Part shown: one piece after another, positions 59,690 to 64,000 of the stretch
How the letters are laid out: each line of letters opens with the position of its first letter
Position numbering within the stretch: the first letter of the stretch is position 1
NCBI RefSeq assembly: GCF_963921235.1
Contig: NC_086108.1
Location: 101,744,001-101,808,000, forward strand
Direction: 5' to 3'
Length of the DNA: 64,000 nucleotides
From: Mobula hypostoma
Taxonomy: Eukaryota
Translations under genes and position numbers: made by a program
Notes under the pieces: model-generated
The model's input: only the letters and a program-made list of their open reading frames with translations
Told to the model about the DNA's origin: nothing
The model's database searches: none

Positions 59690-62600
59690 AGTCATGGAAA
59701 AGTACAACAGAGAATCAGGACCTTCAGCCTACTTAGTTTGTGCGGATCTATTAATCTGCCTACTTTCATCAAACTATGCTCAGAGCATATCCCTCCTATC
59801 CATGTACTTGCCCAAATTTCTCTTAAATGTTGAAATCAAACCCGCATCCACCACTTGCACTGACAGCTCGTTCTACACTCTCACCACCCTCTGAGTGAAT
59901 AAGTTTCCCCTCATGTTCCCCTTCAATATTTCACGTTTCACCCTCAACCCATGACTTCTAGTTGTAGTCTCACCCAACCCCAGTGGAAAAAGCCTGCTTA
60001 CATTTACCCTATCTATACCCCTCAGAATTTCATGTACCTCTGTCAAATTTCCCCTGATTCACCTCCGTTCTCTGGAATAAAGTGTTATCCTATTCAACCT
60101 TTCCCTGTAACACAGGTCCTCAAGTCCAGTTAAAATTAGTGTAAATATTCTCTGCATACTTCCAATCTTATTTACATCTTTTCTGTTGGTGGGTGACCAA
60201 AACATCACAGAATACTCCAAATTCAGTCTTACCGACATCTTATACAATTTGAACATAACATCCCAATTCCTCTAGTCATTACTTTGATATGTGCACTCCA
60301 ATATGCCAAAAGTTTTCTGTACAACCCTGACTACCTGTGATACCACTTTCAAGGAATTATGGATCTGTGTTTCCAGATCTCTCTGTCCTACCAAACTCCT
60401 CAGTTGCCTACCGCTCACCGTGGAAGCCCTTCACCCTGGATGGTCCTCCTGAAGTGCAACACCTTACTCTGGTGTGCATTAAATTCCATCTGCCATTTTT
60501 CTGTGTATTTTTTGCAGCTGGACCAGATTCCATTGCAAGTTTTGATAGTTTTCCTTGCTGTGCACTTGGTGATCCCTGTCAGTGTTATTTGCAAATTTGG
60601 TGATCCACTTTACCACATTAGAATCCAGATCACTGATATAGATGATGAACAAGCACAGACTCAGCACTGATCACTGTGGCACACAACTAGTCACAGGCCT
60701 CCAGTCTGAGAGGCAACCATCTACAGCCACGCTCTGGTTTTAAACATAAAGCCAATGTCTAATCCAATTTACTACCTCATCTTGAATGCCAAGTGACTGA
60801 ACCTTCTTGACCAACCTCCCATGCATGACCTTCTCAAAGGCCTTGCTAAAGTCCATGTAAATGACATCCACTGCCTTGTCTTCATTAATATTCCTGGTAA
60901 CTACCTCAAAAAAAACTCTAAATATTTTTAAACAGGAGTGCCCATGCTTAAAGCTATGTTGACTATTCCTACTTTGTCCCTGTCTATTAAAGTACTTGTA
61001 TGTCTGAACAGAATGCCTTCCAATAACTTTCCCACTACTGATGTCAGGCTCACCAGCCTATAATTTTCTGACTTATTTTTAGAGCCCCTCTTAACCAAAA
61101 GCAAAACTTTAGTTTTGCCTCTGATATATCACCCGTTGCTAGACCCCTGCAATTTCAGCCATTTTCATTGATAGAATTTTATTTGACCAAATAATCAAAA
61201 GTGATGAGGAAATTATTTTCCACATAGTGGAATGAACTGCCAAGTGGTAGAATCTAAGAGGAATATTAGCTTTATTTTTCACAGTAGATCATAACATACA
61301 ATGAAATTAATTATCATTTAAAAGCCATAAAGAGAGAAAAGATGAACATGAAGGTAAGCTAGATAATAATATAAAAGAGGATAGATTTTTTAAAAAGTAC
61401 TTTTCAGATATACAATGGGTAAAAGAGAGATGAGAGTGGATATTGGGCCGGGAAATGAAATGGAGGATGAATTGAATAAGAATTTAGCCTCAGTTCTCAC
61501 TGTGGAAGAAAGATCAGAAATGCAGGAGTGAGTATTGTTGCTAATACTAAGGAGGAAGTGCTTGGGAAACTGAAAAGTCTGAAGATAGATAAGTCACCTT
61601 GACCAGATGGACTACAGAGAAGGTTTTGTAAAATGTAGAGGAAGAGATTGTAGGACCATTAGTAATGATTTCTCAAGAATAAATGCATTCTGGAATGGTT
61701 CCAGAATACTGGAAATTTACAACTATCACACCACTATTTAAGAAGGTAGGGAGGCAGAAGAGAGGAAATGATAGGCCAGTTAGCATTATTTCAGTGGCTG
61801 CAAAGATGTTGGAGTCTATTACTAAGAATGAAGATTTGGAGTAATTGGAGGCACATGACATAATAGGCCAAAATCAGCATAGTTTTATAAAACGGAATCT
61901 TGCCTGACAGATCCATTGGAATTCATTGAAGAAGTAAGAGGCAGGATAGACATAGGAGAGTCAGATGGTGTTGCTTATTTGAATTTTCAGATAAAAGCCT
62001 CAGTTCTCACTGTGGAAGGTTTGAAAAGGTGCCACGCATGAGGCTGCTTAACAAGATAAGACCCACTGGTGTTTCAGGAGACATATTAGCTGACTGGCAG
62101 AAAGCCCAGAGTGGAAATAAAGTGGGCCTTTCCTAGTTGCCTGCGATGACTAGTTGTGTGCCACAGGGGTCAGTGTTATGACTGCTTCTTTTCGCATTAT
62201 ATGTCAATGACTTTGGAATTAATTGCTTTTTGGCCAAGTTTGTGGATGATATGAAGATACGTGGAGGGACAGGTAGTTTTGCGGAAGCAGAAGGACTTAG
62301 ACATATTCTGGGAATGGGCAAAGTAGTGGCAGATGGAACACAGATAGATGAGTATTATTACTTCCATAAATGCTGATGGTTCTACAAGACAATTTGGATG
62401 TGGCATGATTCAAATGGCTTCCTCTGGAAACATGGTCCGATGGTCCAATTACAATGCACTGTTGGGATGGAGAATGACACAGAGTCACAGAGTAACGTAG
62501 CACAGAATCAGGCCCTTCAGCCCAACCTTTCCATGCCATCCAAAGGTGCCCACCAAAGCATTTGGCCACATTTGACTCAAGTCCCTTGCAAACCCTCCTA

Positions 62601-64000
62601 TCCATTTATCTTTTAAATGTTGATATTTTACCTCAAAGCCATAGAAACCACAGAAAAACTACAGCACAGAAACAGGCCTTTTGGTCCTTCTTGGCTGTGC
62701 CTAACTATTTTCTGCCTAGTCCCACTGACCTGCACACGGACCATATGCCTCCATACACCTCCCATCCATGTATCTCTCTTATTTATTCTTAAACGTTAAA
62801 AAAGAACTTGCATTTACCACGCATTTACCTGGCAGCTCATTCCACACTCCCACCACTCTTTGTGTGAAGAAGCCCACCCCAATGATCCCTTTAAACTTTC
62901 CCCCCTCACCCTTAACCCATGTCCTCTGGTTTTTTTCTCCTCTTGCCTCAGTGGAAAAAGCCTGCTTGCATTCGCTCTATCTATACCCATCATAATTTTA
63001 TATACCTCTATCAAATCTCCCCTCATTCTTCTATGCTCCGGGGAATAAAGTCCTAACCTATTCAACCTTTCTCTGTAACTGAATTTCTCAAGTCCCGGCA
63101 ATATCCTTGTAAACCTTCTCTGCGCTCTTTCAACCTTATTAATATCCTTCCTGTAATTTGGTGGCCAAAACTGAGCACAATACTCCAGATTCAGCCTCAC
63201 CAATGCCTTATACAACCTCATCATAACATTCCAGCTCTTATACTCAATACTTTGATTAATAAAGGCCAATGTACCAAAAGCTCTCTTTACGACCCTATCT
63301 ACCTGTGATGCCACTTTTAGGGAATTTTGTATCTGTATTCCCAGATCCCTCTGTTCCACTGCACTCCTCAGTGCCTTACCATTAACCCTGTATGTTCTAC
63401 CTTGGTTTGTCCTTCCAAAGTGCAATACCTCACACTTGTCTGTATTAAACTCCATCTGTCATTTTTCAGCCCATTCTTCCAGCTAGTCCAAGTTCCTCTG
63501 CAGGTTCTGAAAACCTTCCTTACTGTCTACTACATCTTCCTTACTGTCTACTGATCTTTGTATCATCAGCAAATTTGCTGATCCAATTTACCACATTATC
63601 ATCCAGATCATTGATATAGATGACAAATAACAATGGACCCAGCACTGATCCCTGTGGCACACCACTAGTCACAGGCCTCCACTCGGAGAAGCAATTCTCT
63701 ACTACCACTCTTTGGCTTCTTCCATTGAGCCAATGTCTAATCCAATTTACCACCTCTCTATGTATACCTAGTGACTGAATTTTCCTAACTAACCTCCCAT
63801 GTGAGACCTTGTCAAAGGCCTTACTGAAGTCCATGTAGACAATATCCACTGCCTTCCCTTCATCCACTTTCCTGGTAACAGCCTCGAAAAACTCCAATAG
63901 ATTAGTCAAACATGACCTACCACGCACAAAGCCATGTTGACTCTCCCTAATAAGTCCCTGTCAATCCAAATGCTTGTAGCTTCTGTCTCTTAGTACTCCC
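59690..64000. mobile_element. Upstream CR1 cluster (minus about 59690-61100; plus about 61340-62350; minus about 62640-64000)
   Basis: RT motifs [36 protein letters not shown]. Confidence 0.85.

Overview
This is eukaryotic (vertebrate) genomic DNA. The CR1, Penelope and V-SINE repeat content suggests a cartilaginous fish (ray or shark), which is an inference only. One host gene is present: the first 10 coding exons of a minus-strand CLCA-family gene (calcium-activated chloride channel regulator; secreted metalloprotease + Cys-rich + VWA protein), from the ATG at 59283 to 851. All introns are GT-AG and the exons join into an uninterrupted 563-codon frame that continues beyond the left edge. 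Most of the rest is nested transposable elements: many CR1 LINEs, an L1, an RTE, an RNase H-bearing I/Nimb-type LINE, Rex1/Babar fragments, a two-LTR Gypsy element with an internal RT deletion, an older decayed Gypsy, solo LTRs, a hAT/Charlie derivative, Penelope ends with hammerhead-ribozyme motifs, and SINEs. The most notable observations are (1) the CLCA catalytic motif reads [14 protein letters not shown], with Asn where human CLCA1 has the functionally required Asp167, (2) Penelope-borne minimal hammerhead motifs and a perfect 44-bp hairpin in the introns, and (3) a multi-layer TE nest forming a 23.6-kb intron. I do not see a wholly new multi-gene system. TE boundaries are approximate unless a TSD is given.
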